A stretch of 11,581 nt of DNA from an uncultured Acidimicrobiales bacterium (GCA_965531045.1 CBESNZ010000064.1:1-11581); one strand, 5' to 3'. Counted from the stretch's first letter, positions 1-7,680 are shown. The notes: generated by a model from the sequence alone, not told the origin. A program made the numbers and translations.

Positions 1-662
1 CGTGTTCGACGACGCCGACATCGACGCGGTCGTCGCCAACCTCGCCGAGACCGCGTTCTACAACTCGGGCCAAGACTGCACGGCCCCCTGCCGCGTGATC
101 GCGGGCGGCAAGGTCCACGATGACTTTGTCTCCAAGCTCACCGACGCGGTCGCCACCGTGGTCACCGGCGATCCAATGGCGCAGGACACAGCGATGGGTC
201 CGGTGATCTCCGATGCGCACCTTGCCCGCGTCTCGGGCTACGTCGACCGGGCTCGCGACGCGGGCGCCGAGGTCACGGTGGGCGGATCAGCCCGAGTCGG
301 CGACGGCTTCTTCTACGAGCCTTCTGTGGTCGTCGGGGTCGACCAGGCCGCAGAGATCGTGCAGCGCGAGGTCTTCGGTCCGGTCATCACGGTGCAATCG
401 GCCAAAGGACGAAGCCCCCGCGCTCGCCTATGCCAACGACGTCGACTACGGCCTGGCCGCGAGCGTCTGGACCGCCGATGTCGGGCGCGCGATGCGCATG
501 AGCAAGGGCTTGCAGTTCGGCACCGTCTGGGTGAACGACCACATCCCGATCATCTCCGAGATGCCCCACGGCGGTTTCAAACAATCCGGCTACGGCAAGG
601 ACATGTCGATGTACGCCGTCGAGCACTACACCGAGCTCAAGCACGTCATGATCAAGCACTAG
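1..662 (+). pseudogene. Aldehyde dehydrogenase family gene. The 5' end lies outside the window, and the reading frame is broken by a 1-bp indel. It is either a frameshift pseudogene or a sequencing error.
   Basis: Frame 2 (2..~405) reads FDDADID...NSGQDCTAPCRV...EVFGPVITVQ, the ALDH catalytic-Cys region. Frame 3 (~405..662) continues KDEAPALAYANDVDYGLAASVWT...HGGFKQSGYGKD...HYTELKHVMIKH, the ALDH C-terminus, and ends at TAG 660-662. The two frames join at the AAA run at 404-406. Removing one A gives a continuous VITVQSAKDEAPALAYANDV. Confidence 0.7.
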
Positions 663-663
663 C

Positions 664-1092
664 GTGGATTCTCCCATGAGCACACCGACCGACCTGATCA
701 AGGCCATCCCGCTGTTCAGCAGCCTGTCGCGCAAGCAGCTCGGGGTGTTGGCTGCGGCATCGGCCATTCGACCGGCAGAGGCCAACAGCGTCATCGTGCA
801 TCAGGACGAACCCGGCACATCGTGTTTTCTCGTGCTGGCCGGCCGGGTGCAGATCCGCCGCAACAACCACAACGTTGCCGTCCGGGGCGAGGGCGACGTC
901 ATCGGCGAGCTCGCGCTGCTCGACGGCGGACCCCGTTTGGCGACGGTGTCGATGATCACGCGCGGCGAGTTGCTCGAAGTCGGCCGCGACGGCTTCGTGA
1001 AGCTGCTCGACAGCTCGCCCGAGCTCGCCCGCATGGTGATGCTGCAACTCGCCGACCGCCTGCGTGCGACCACCATCGCCAGCTTCGAATGA
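664..1092 (+). CDS. Stand-alone cyclic-nucleotide-binding (CAP effector) domain protein of about 140 aa, with no DNA-binding domain.
   Basis: It contains the cNMP-binding signature ...GELALLDGGPRLATVSMITRGELLEV... and the N-terminal LFSSLSRKQL start of the beta-roll domain. A GTG at 664 lies 1 nt after the upstream ALDH stop, and an alternative ATG start at 676 is possible. The ORF ends at TGA 1090-1092. Confidence 0.75.
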   Translation: MDSPMSTPTDLIKAIPLFSSLSRKQLGVLAAASAIRPAEANSVIVHQDEPGTSCFLVLAGRVQIRRNNHNVAVRGEGDVIGELALLDGGPRLATVSMITRGELLEVGRDGFVKLLDSSPELARMVMLQLADRLRATTIASFE

Positions 1093-1137
1093 CCAAGATG
1101 CAATGACCCAGCCTCCTCTGATCGAGCGGTTCGCTGA

Positions 1138-2547
1138 ATGACCCACCCGTCGTTGGCCGACACAAGGCCTGCGGTCTTCTGGAGCGACAGGGAGGACGCA
1201 CCCTCCCCCGCTCCCCCGCTGCGCGAAGCCACCGCGGCCGACCTCGTCATCATCGGAGGCGGCTTCACCGGTCTGTGGGCCGCAGTGCAAGCCCTCGAAG
1301 CCGAGCCGGGTTTACGCGTGGCCATCGTCGAAGCCCACGAAGTCGGCTTCGGGGCCAGCAGCCGCAATGGCGGATTCTGTGATCCGTCGCTGACCCATGG
1401 CGTCGACAACGGCGTCTCGCACTGGCCCGGCGAAATGGGGGTCCTCACCCGGCTCGGCACCGAGAACTTGGCGGCGATCGACGCCAGCATCGCCCGCTAC
1501 GGCATCGACGCCGACTTCCGGTATGCCCCCGAGATGGCGGTTGCGACCGAGCAGTGGCAAGTCGACGAACTCGGCGAGGCGATCGACAACGCACGGGCGG
1601 TCGGTCAGACCGCCGAACTCCTCGATGCCCGCCAGGCGCAGGCTCGCGTCGCCTCACCCACCTATGTCGGCGCCATGTACTTGCCGTCGGTACTGGCGTT
1701 GGTCGACCCGGCGCGGCTGGCCTGGGGACTGCGCTCGGCAGCCGAATCGCTGGGCGCAACCGTGTACGACCACTCGCCGGTCACCGATATTTCGGTGGAC
1801 GGATCCAAGGGCGCCGGGGCCGAACTCCTCGTCACCACAGATTCCGGAGCCTCACTTCGGGCCCCCAAGGTCATTTTGGCCACCAATGCGTACCCCAGCC
1901 CGGTGCGTCGAGTTCGGCGATACGTCATTCCGGTGTACGACCACGTGTTGATGACCGAACCGCTGTCGGATCTGCAACTGGCCGCCGTCGGTTGGGCCGG
2001 GGGCGATGGCATCGGCGACGCCGCGAACCAGTTCCACTACTACCGGATGACCGCCGATCGACGCATACTCTGGGGCGGCTACGACGCCACGTACCACTTC
2101 AACAACGGCCTCGATCCGCGCCACGACCAGTCCCCCGAGACCCACACGAAACTGGCTGAACACTTCTTCGAGACGTTCCCCCAGTTGGCGGGCCTTGCGT
2201 TCACCCATCGCTGGGGCGGCCCGATCGCCACAACCACGCAGTTCACCGCCACCTGGGGTACGTCGTTCGACGGCCGACTGGCCTGGGCCGCCGGGTACAC
2301 GGGTCTCGGAGTTGCTGCCAGTCGGTTCGGAGCCGCCGTCGCGCTCGACTTGGTCAACGGTCGCAGTACCGAACGAACCGAGCTGTCAATGGTCGCCAAG
2401 AAGCCGTTCCCGTTCCCGCCCGAACCATTGCGAACAGTCGGGGTCGCTCTCACGAAACGGTCGATCCAGGCGGCCGACGCGCACGAAGGCCGTCGCAATC
2501 TGTGGCTGAAGACGCTCGATCGATTCGGCATCGGATTCGATTCATGA
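1138..2547 (+). CDS. FAD-dependent oxidoreductase, DAO family (gamma-glutamylputrescine oxidase PuuB / OrdL-like amine oxidoreductase).
   Basis: The N-terminus carries a dinucleotide-binding GxGxxG fold, DLVIIGGGFTGLWAAVQALE...VGFGASSRNGGF. The C-terminus has the FTHRWGGPIA...GYTGLGVA motif typical of DAO/PuuB-like enzymes. The ORF is 469 aa and begins at ATG 1138. Confidence 0.85.
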   Translation: MTHPSLADTRPAVFWSDREDAPSPAPPLREATAADLVIIGGGFTGLWAAVQALEAEPGLRVAIVEAHEVGFGASSRNGGFCDPSLTHGVDNGVSHWPGEMGVLTRLGTENLAAIDASIARYGIDADFRYAPEMAVATEQWQVDELGEAIDNARAVGQTAELLDARQAQARVASPTYVGAMYLPSVLALVDPARLAWGLRSAAESLGATVYDHSPVTDISVDGSKGAGAELLVTTDSGASLRAPKVILATNAYPSPVRRVRRYVIPVYDHVLMTEPLSDLQLAAVGWAGGDGIGDAANQFHYYRMTADRRILWGGYDATYHFNNGLDPRHDQSPETHTKLAEHFFETFPQLAGLAFTHRWGGPIATTTQFTATWGTSFDGRLAWAAGYTGLGVAASRFGAAVALDLVNGRSTERTELSMVAKKPFPFPPEPLRTVGVALTKRSIQAADAHEGRRNLWLKTLDRFGIGFDS

Positions 2548-3917
2548 GCGACATTCGCTCGCGGTCGTTGTGGCTCGAGAACTATCCCGGCAGCCTAGAC
2601 CCTCGCCCACCGCTGCCCGGCGACATCAATGTCGACGTGGCCATCATCGGTGGCGGCTACACCGGTCTGTGGACGGCGTACTACCTGACAAAAGCCGACC
2701 CGTCGCTGCGCATCGCCATCATCGAACGCGACATCGTGGGCTTCGGTGCCTCCGGCCGCAACGGCGGCTGGTGCATCGGCGAGATGGCCGGTGGCTACGA
2801 CGCACTGCGACGCGCCGGCGACCACGCAGAAGCGGTGGCCCAGCTCCGTGCAGCGATGCAATCGGTCGACGAGGTCGGCCGGGTGGTCAGCACCGAGGGC
2901 ATCGACTGCGACTTCGTCAAGGGGGGCACGGTCCGCCTGGCGCGTAACGGCGCCCAGCTCACACGGCAACGGGCCGAGATCGCCCACGATCACGAGCTCG
3001 GTTTCACCGAAGCCGATCTCCGCCTGCTCGACGCAACCGAGGCGGCCCAACGCGTCGGCGCCACCGACGTGCTCGGAGCCATCTACTTCGCCCATACCGC
3101 GCGCATCCATCCGGCCAAACTCGTCCGAGGGCTCGCACACTCTGTCGAAGAGGCAGGCGTAGTCATCTACGAGCAGACCGCGGCGACCGACATCGAGCCG
3201 CGCACGGTGCGCACCGCCCACGGCACGGTGCGGGCCACGAGCATCGTGCGAGCGACCGAGGGCTACACCCGCTCGCTCCCGGGCCTCAAGCGGCAACTCG
3301 TGCCGCTGTACTCGTTGATGGTCGCCACCGAGCCGTTGCCGGCCGACCTGTGGGACGAGATAGGCCTGCGCCACTACGAGACGTTCTCCGACGACCGCCA
3401 CCTCGTGATCTACGGCCAGCGGACCGCGGACGATCGCCTGGCGTTCGGCGGGCGCGGCGCCCCGTACGGTTTCGGCTCGCGTGTCGACAGCGCAATCGAG
3501 TCCCGGTCGGCCGTGCACGATCTGGTCGCATCCACGCTGGTCGAACTCTTTCCTGCGTTGCACTCCACCGCCATCACGCACCGCTGGGGTGGAGTGTTAG
3601 GTGTTCCACGCGACTGGTTCCCGTCGGTGGGATTCGACCCGACGTCGGGTCTCGCAGCTGCGGGCGGCTACGTGGGCGAGGGCGTCGCCATCGCCAACCT
3701 CGCCGGACGCACGTTGGCTGATCTCCTCACCGACCAATCGACCGATCTCACGCGGCTCCCATGGGTGCACCACACGTCGCGACGGTGGGAACCCGAACCG
3801 CTGCGCTGGCTCGGCATCAACGGTGCACTGCACATGATGGAGCGGGCCGACCGCTCCGAGAATCGCACGCAGAAGCCATCGCGCACGGCCGCAGCGCTCA
3901 ACCGCCTGCTCCGGTAA
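2544..3917 (+). CDS. FAD-dependent oxidoreductase, DAO family. It is a tandem paralogue of the preceding gene.
   Basis: VAIIGGGYTGLWTAYYL...VGFGASGRNGGWC and ITHRWGGVLG...GGYVGEGVA align with the upstream gene. The most plausible start is ATG 2544 (MSDIRSRSLWLENYPG), which overlaps the upstream stop in an ATGA (2544-2547). The ORF track's 2502 start would overlap the upstream gene by 46 nt. Confidence 0.85.
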   Translation: MSDIRSRSLWLENYPGSLDPRPPLPGDINVDVAIIGGGYTGLWTAYYLTKADPSLRIAIIERDIVGFGASGRNGGWCIGEMAGGYDALRRAGDHAEAVAQLRAAMQSVDEVGRVVSTEGIDCDFVKGGTVRLARNGAQLTRQRAEIAHDHELGFTEADLRLLDATEAAQRVGATDVLGAIYFAHTARIHPAKLVRGLAHSVEEAGVVIYEQTAATDIEPRTVRTAHGTVRATSIVRATEGYTRSLPGLKRQLVPLYSLMVATEPLPADLWDEIGLRHYETFSDDRHLVIYGQRTADDRLAFGGRGAPYGFGSRVDSAIESRSAVHDLVASTLVELFPALHSTAITHRWGGVLGVPRDWFPSVGFDPTSGLAAAGGYVGEGVAIANLAGRTLADLLTDQSTDLTRLPWVHHTSRRWEPEPLRWLGINGALHMMERADRSENRTQKPSRTAAALNRLLR

Positions 3918-3965
3918 TCACACCGTCAACCGCGTGCGCATGCCGCAAACCGAAAGGGTCCAATC

Positions 3966-5408
3966 GTGAGCACCAGCTCGAATCTTCTCATCGGCGGAAC
4001 GTGGCGACCGGCTTCGTCCGGCGAGCGCTTCGACGTGGTCAATCCGGCCACCGGCGACCTGGTCGCTGAAGTCGCCGACGCCACGCGAACCGACGTCGAC
4101 GCGGCAGTCGCGGCCGCCGACGGCGCGCGTGCGCCGCTGGCCAAGCTCACCGAATTCGAGCGCGCCGAACTGCTCCATCGCGTTGCCGACATCATCGACG
4201 CTCAAGCCACCCCATTGGCCGAACAACTCACCGCGGAGAGCGGCAAACCGCTGCATGCCGAAGCGATCGACGAGGTCGCCGAGGTCGCCGAGATCTTTCG
4301 GCTCGCAGCCGAAGAGATCAAACGACTCGAGTCGACGATGATGCCGAGCATCGAGGGGTCGAAACGGGTGTTCACCCATCGAAAACCCGTCGGCGTGTAC
4401 GCCCTCATCACGCCGTTCAACTTCCCGATGAACATCCCGGCCGAGCTGCTGGCCGCTTCGCTTGCGGGCGGCAACCCGACAATCCTGAAGCCCAGTGAAC
4501 AGACCCCGCTGTCGGCTGCCGCGCTCGCCGAGGCGGTCGCCGAAGCGGGCTTCCCGGCCGGAGCGGTCGGCGTGATGCAGGGTGGGCGCTCCGTCGGCGA
4601 GGCGCTCGTCGCGCACGACGGCGTCGATGGCATCGGCTTTGTCGGCTCACATGGCGCCGCCGAGTCGATCGTCCGCTCGGCCGGCATGAAACGCACGATG
4701 ATCGAGGCCTCCGGCAATGGCCCGCTGATCCTGTTGGAGGATGGCGATGTCGAACGCGCCGCCATCGCCGCGGTGTACGGCGCCTACTTCGTGGCCGGAC
4801 AGTGCTGCGTCGCAACCGAACGGGTGCTCGTGCACGGATCCCTCCACGATGAACTCGTCGATGCCCTCATGGACGCGGCGAGCGCAGCAGTCCTCGGCGA
4901 TCCGCTCTCACCAGACACGACGATGGGCCCGGTCAACAACGAAGCCGTCGCGGCCAAGGTCGATCGGCACCTCGCCGACGCGGTTTCGCACGATGCCCGG
5001 GTGCTGCTCGGCGGGGTGCGTGCGACCGGCCATCCGACCAACCTCTATTGGCCGCTCACCATCGTCGACAACGTGACGCCCGCTCACCTTCTGTTCCGTG
5101 AGGAGACGTTCGGGCCGGTCCTGCCGATCACCACGTTTCGAGACGACGACCACGCGATCGCTCTGGCGAACGACTCGAACCTCGGCCTCCAGGCTGCGGT
5201 GTTCACCGACAGCCTCAGCCGTTCGTTCCGCTTCATCGACGAACTCCGAACCGGCACCGTCCTCATCAACGAGTCGACGTGTTTCTGGGAGCAGCACCCA
5301 CCTTTCGGCGGCGCGTCGGGCACCCGAACGGGTTGGGGGCGCATCGGCGGCAAGTACACGCTGCTCGACATGACCGACCTGCGCACCGCCGTCATCGACG
5401 TCGGGTAA
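3966..5408 (+). CDS. Aldehyde dehydrogenase family protein (NAD(P)+-dependent).
   Basis: GTG start at 3966 with an AAAGGG Shine-Dalgarno at 3953-3958. ALDH motifs are present: FTHRKPVGVYALITPFNFP, the catalytic Glu region MIEASGNGP, catalytic Cys in FVAGQCCVATERVLV, EETFGPVLPITTF, and a GLQAAVFT / PFGGASGTRTGWG C-terminus. Ends at TAA 5406-5408. Confidence 0.9.
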   Translation: MSTSSNLLIGGTWRPASSGERFDVVNPATGDLVAEVADATRTDVDAAVAAADGARAPLAKLTEFERAELLHRVADIIDAQATPLAEQLTAESGKPLHAEAIDEVAEVAEIFRLAAEEIKRLESTMMPSIEGSKRVFTHRKPVGVYALITPFNFPMNIPAELLAASLAGGNPTILKPSEQTPLSAAALAEAVAEAGFPAGAVGVMQGGRSVGEALVAHDGVDGIGFVGSHGAAESIVRSAGMKRTMIEASGNGPLILLEDGDVERAAIAAVYGAYFVAGQCCVATERVLVHGSLHDELVDALMDAASAAVLGDPLSPDTTMGPVNNEAVAAKVDRHLADAVSHDARVLLGGVRATGHPTNLYWPLTIVDNVTPAHLLFREETFGPVLPITTFRDDDHAIALANDSNLGLQAAVFTDSLSRSFRFIDELRTGTVLINESTCFWEQHPPFGGASGTRTGWGRIGGKYTLLDMTDLRTAVIDVG

Positions 5409-5418
5409 CCCTGACCGG

Positions 5419-5448
5419 TGACAGCGTCATGATCTTGACAGCGTCATA
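5419..5448 (+). promoter_or_regulatory. Operator-like direct repeat: TGACAGCGTCAT(g/a)A occurs twice, at 5419-5432 and 5436-5449, with a 17-bp period. Each copy contains a TGAC-N3-GTCA mini-palindrome. The second copy overlaps the -35 element.
   Basis: Read directly from the sequence: gTGACAGCGTCATgatctTGACAGCGTCATaataac. Its position over the -35 fits a repressor binding site. Confidence 0.4.
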
Positions 5449-5462
5449 ATAACGTCTATTAT
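5435..5462 (+). promoter_or_regulatory. Candidate sigma-70 (SigA-type) promoter: TTGACA -35 (5435-5440), 16-nt spacer, TATTAT -10 (5457-5462).
   Basis: Near-consensus hexamers lie in the only AT-rich island of the region, about 85 nt upstream of the diiron oxygenase start and immediately downstream of the ALDH stop. Confidence 0.5.
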
Positions 5463-5527
5463 CGGGCCGAGACTGCGCGTGGGCACAGCGCCATCCGACA
5501 TGAGGAGTCCGTACGGGAACCTCACAA

Positions 5528-5555
5528 GGAGCCAGTATGAGGGAGCCAGTATGAG
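5528..5555 (+). repeat. Perfect 14-bp tandem duplication, GGAGCCAGTATGAG x2, spanning the translation start of the diiron oxygenase gene.
   Basis: 5528-5541 and 5542-5555 are identical. Copy 1 supplies AAGGAG plus an ATG at 5537, which opens a 5-codon uORF (MREPV, stop TGA 5552-5554). Copy 2 supplies a GGGAG Shine-Dalgarno and the in-frame ATG at 5551, which overlaps the uORF stop as ATGA. Confidence 0.8.
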
Positions 5556-6678
5556 CACGACAGAGGCCAACGAGTTGGCCCAGGACGCAAACGATGTCGA
5601 CCGGATCATGGAGATATCGGTCTTCAACAACGACGTCACCAGCGCAATTCATGCGGTCGAGGACAACGCCGACGCGATCTTCACGTGGAATTACGAAAAG
5701 GCCGAGCGCCCGCGCCTCGACCGGTTGTATGAGAAGGCCAAGACCTCCCAGTGGAACGGTCAGACCGATCTCGACTGGTCGATCGAAGTCGACCTCGACG
5801 ACAACTTCGCCACCGACCCCGACCCGATCGAGGTCGCGTACTACGCCGAAAACCCCGAATCGCCGCTCTATGGCTTCGGCGACGAAGAGTGGCGCCAGGT
5901 GGGTGTCGAGTCGCTGAAGTGGGCGATGAGCCAGTTCATGCACGGCGAGCAGGGTGCCCTGGTCTGCACCGCCAAGATCGTCGAGACCGTGCCGTGGATC
6001 GACGCCAAGTACTACGCGGCCACCCAGGTCATGGACGAGGCTCGCCACGTCGAGGTGTTCGCTCAGTACCTCGACACCAAACTCGACGGCGGCATCTACC
6101 CGTGCAACACCCACCTCGGCCTCTTGCTCGACGACATCGTCAACGACAGCCGCTGGGACATGACCTATCTCGGCATGCAGATCATGGTTGAGGGCCTCGC
6201 CCTCGCCTCGTTCGGCTTCATGCACCAGACCACCAACGAACCCTTGCTCAAGAAGCTGCTTCGCTACGTGATGTCCGACGAGGCTCGCCACGTCGCTTTC
6301 GGCGTGTTGTCGCTGCAAGAGGTGTACGCCAGCCTCAGTTCGGCCGAGATTCGCGAGCGCCAGGAGTTCGCGTTCGAAGCCGCCCTGCGCATGCGCGATC
6401 GATTCCTTCGCCAAGAAATTTGGGAAGGCATGGGCGTCGATGTCCGCAAGATGGTCAAGTACCAACTCAACGAGCCGCAAGAGCTCAAGGTGTTCCAACA
6501 GCTCCTGTTCTCGAAGATCGTTCCCAACTGCAAGAAGCTCGGCATCCTCGATGCCGGCGACGGCTGGTTGCGCGATCGGTTCACCGACATCGGCGTGATC
6601 CAGTTCGAAGACTGGGTCGACACGGCGTCGGAATACGAGTCGCTCGACGAGGTCGCCAAGGACCGCGAAAGCGCCTAG
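5551..6678 (+). CDS. Soluble ferritin-like diiron-carboxylate oxygenase. It may belong to the AurF/CmlI N-oxygenase family or the acyl-ACP-desaturase family; which family is uncertain.
   Basis: Two EXXH motifs (MDEARHVEVF and MSDEARHVAFG) are each preceded by a conserved Glu (FMHGEQGAL, MVEGLALASF), giving the E...EXXH...E...EXXH four-helix-bundle diiron signature. There is no obvious TM segment. I prefer the start at ATG 5551, which has a GGGAG Shine-Dalgarno 5 nt upstream. In-frame alternatives are ATG 5500 and GTG 5479. Confidence 0.75.
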   Translation: MSTTEANELAQDANDVDRIMEISVFNNDVTSAIHAVEDNADAIFTWNYEKAERPRLDRLYEKAKTSQWNGQTDLDWSIEVDLDDNFATDPDPIEVAYYAENPESPLYGFGDEEWRQVGVESLKWAMSQFMHGEQGALVCTAKIVETVPWIDAKYYAATQVMDEARHVEVFAQYLDTKLDGGIYPCNTHLGLLLDDIVNDSRWDMTYLGMQIMVEGLALASFGFMHQTTNEPLLKKLLRYVMSDEARHVAFGVLSLQEVYASLSSAEIRERQEFAFEAALRMRDRFLRQEIWEGMGVDVRKMVKYQLNEPQELKVFQQLLFSKIVPNCKKLGILDAGDGWLRDRFTDIGVIQFEDWVDTASEYESLDEVAKDRESA

Positions 6679-6738
6679 CTCCCCTCGCTCGACATTCGCC
6701 TCCGCACGTGCCAACTCTCGGAAGTACGGTCTGACCGC

Positions 6739-7680
6739 ATGAACCTGGCCACACGATTCTTCGCCGGCGCCAAGAAGGCGGTCGCCGATGACTACACGAT
6801 GCTGGCCATCCCTGCGTTCTTCGCCACCATGGCGCTGGAGTACGGCGTGCTTCGATCTCGTCGCGCCGACTTGGTGCAAATCGGTGATCCGACGACTGCT
6901 CCCAATCACGACCGTCCGCTCGACTACGAGATCAAGGACACCGCGGCGAGTCTGGCGATGGGCACCGGCATGCTCGGTATCAGCCTCGCCGCAGCGAAGG
7001 CCCTCGATCCTCTTGACCGCATGGTCCATGGCCGCAGGGTTGCATCACTGGGCGGCGGGCCGCTTGGTTTCGCCGGCGCGATCGTCGCTTGGGACTTTCT
7101 CTACTATTGGGATCATCGACTCAGCCACGAGCACCGGGTGTTCTGGGCCAACCATGTCAACCACCATTCGAGTGAGCGATACAATCTGTCGACGGCGCTT
7201 CGTCAGCCGTGGTCGGGCTTCATCATGCATTGGATCTTTCTCCCCATGCTGGTGGCTGGATGGACACCGACGCAGATGGCCCGGGCGGGCGAGCTCAACC
7301 TGCTGTACCAGTACTGGGTACACACCGAGACCATCGACAAATTGCCCGACAAGGTCGAGGCAGTCATGAACACGGCTTCACATCACCGCGTCCACCATGG
7401 GGCGAACCCGCAATACCTCGACAAGAACTACGCGGGCATCTTCATCATCTGGGACCGGTTGTTCGGTACCTTCGAGCCTGAACGCGAACGGGTCCGATAC
7501 GGGCTCACCAAGAACATCAAGACCTTCAACCCGTTGAAGATTGCGTACCACGAGTGGGCCGACATCGTGCGCGACGTGCGAGCGACCTCGTCGTGGCGCG
7601 AGCGCCTTGGCTACACCTTCGGTCGACCGGGCTGGAAGCCCGGCGTTTCACTCACGCCGGCGGCTTCGAGCATCGCCTAA
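6739..7680 (+). CDS. Sterol desaturase / fatty-acid hydroxylase superfamily membrane protein (membrane diiron, His-box enzyme).
   Basis: His boxes: WDHRLSHEH, NHVNHH and HHRVHHG; also WDRLFGTF. The N-terminus is hydrophobic. The ORF runs from ATG 6739 to TAA 7678-7680, 60 bp downstream of the diiron oxygenase gene. Confidence 0.85.
   Translation: MNLATRFFAGAKKAVADDYTMLAIPAFFATMALEYGVLRSRRADLVQIGDPTTAPNHDRPLDYEIKDTAASLAMGTGMLGISLAAAKALDPLDRMVHGRRVASLGGGPLGFAGAIVAWDFLYYWDHRLSHEHRVFWANHVNHHSSERYNLSTALRQPWSGFIMHWIFLPMLVAGWTPTQMARAGELNLLYQYWVHTETIDKLPDKVEAVMNTASHHRVHHGANPQYLDKNYAGIFIIWDRLFGTFEPERERVRYGLTKNIKTFNPLKIAYHEWADIVRDVRATSSWRERLGYTFGRPGWKPGVSLTPAASSIA

Noticed and set aside
2502-2543. The upstream alternative start for the second FAD oxidoreductase, the ATG at 2502 given in the ORF track.
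   Set aside because: It would overlap the preceding gene by 46 nt. ATG 2544 gives an N-terminus that aligns with the paralogue and forms a canonical ATGA stop/start overlap.
2595-3581. A 328-aa minus-strand ORF, together with other 60-230 aa antisense or out-of-frame ORFs across 652-5400 (for example 652-1290, 801-1490, 3918-4616 and 4202-4765).
   Set aside because: All of them overlap confidently assigned plus-strand enzymes. Their compositions are characteristic of non-coding frames in GC-rich DNA. None has an independent Shine-Dalgarno site or motif support.
3918-3965. A GC-rich GCGTGCGCATGCCGC segment between the second oxidase and the ALDH, considered as a possible terminator.
   Set aside because: It contains only short, overlapping 6-bp palindromes. 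It has no stable stem and no U-tract. The genes are more likely co-transcribed.
5392-7029. A 545-aa ORF on the minus strand.
   Set aside because: It is antisense to the diiron oxygenase and desaturase genes, which carry strong catalytic motifs. Its sequence is Arg/Val/Gly-rich with no domain signature. It is also a shadow ORF.
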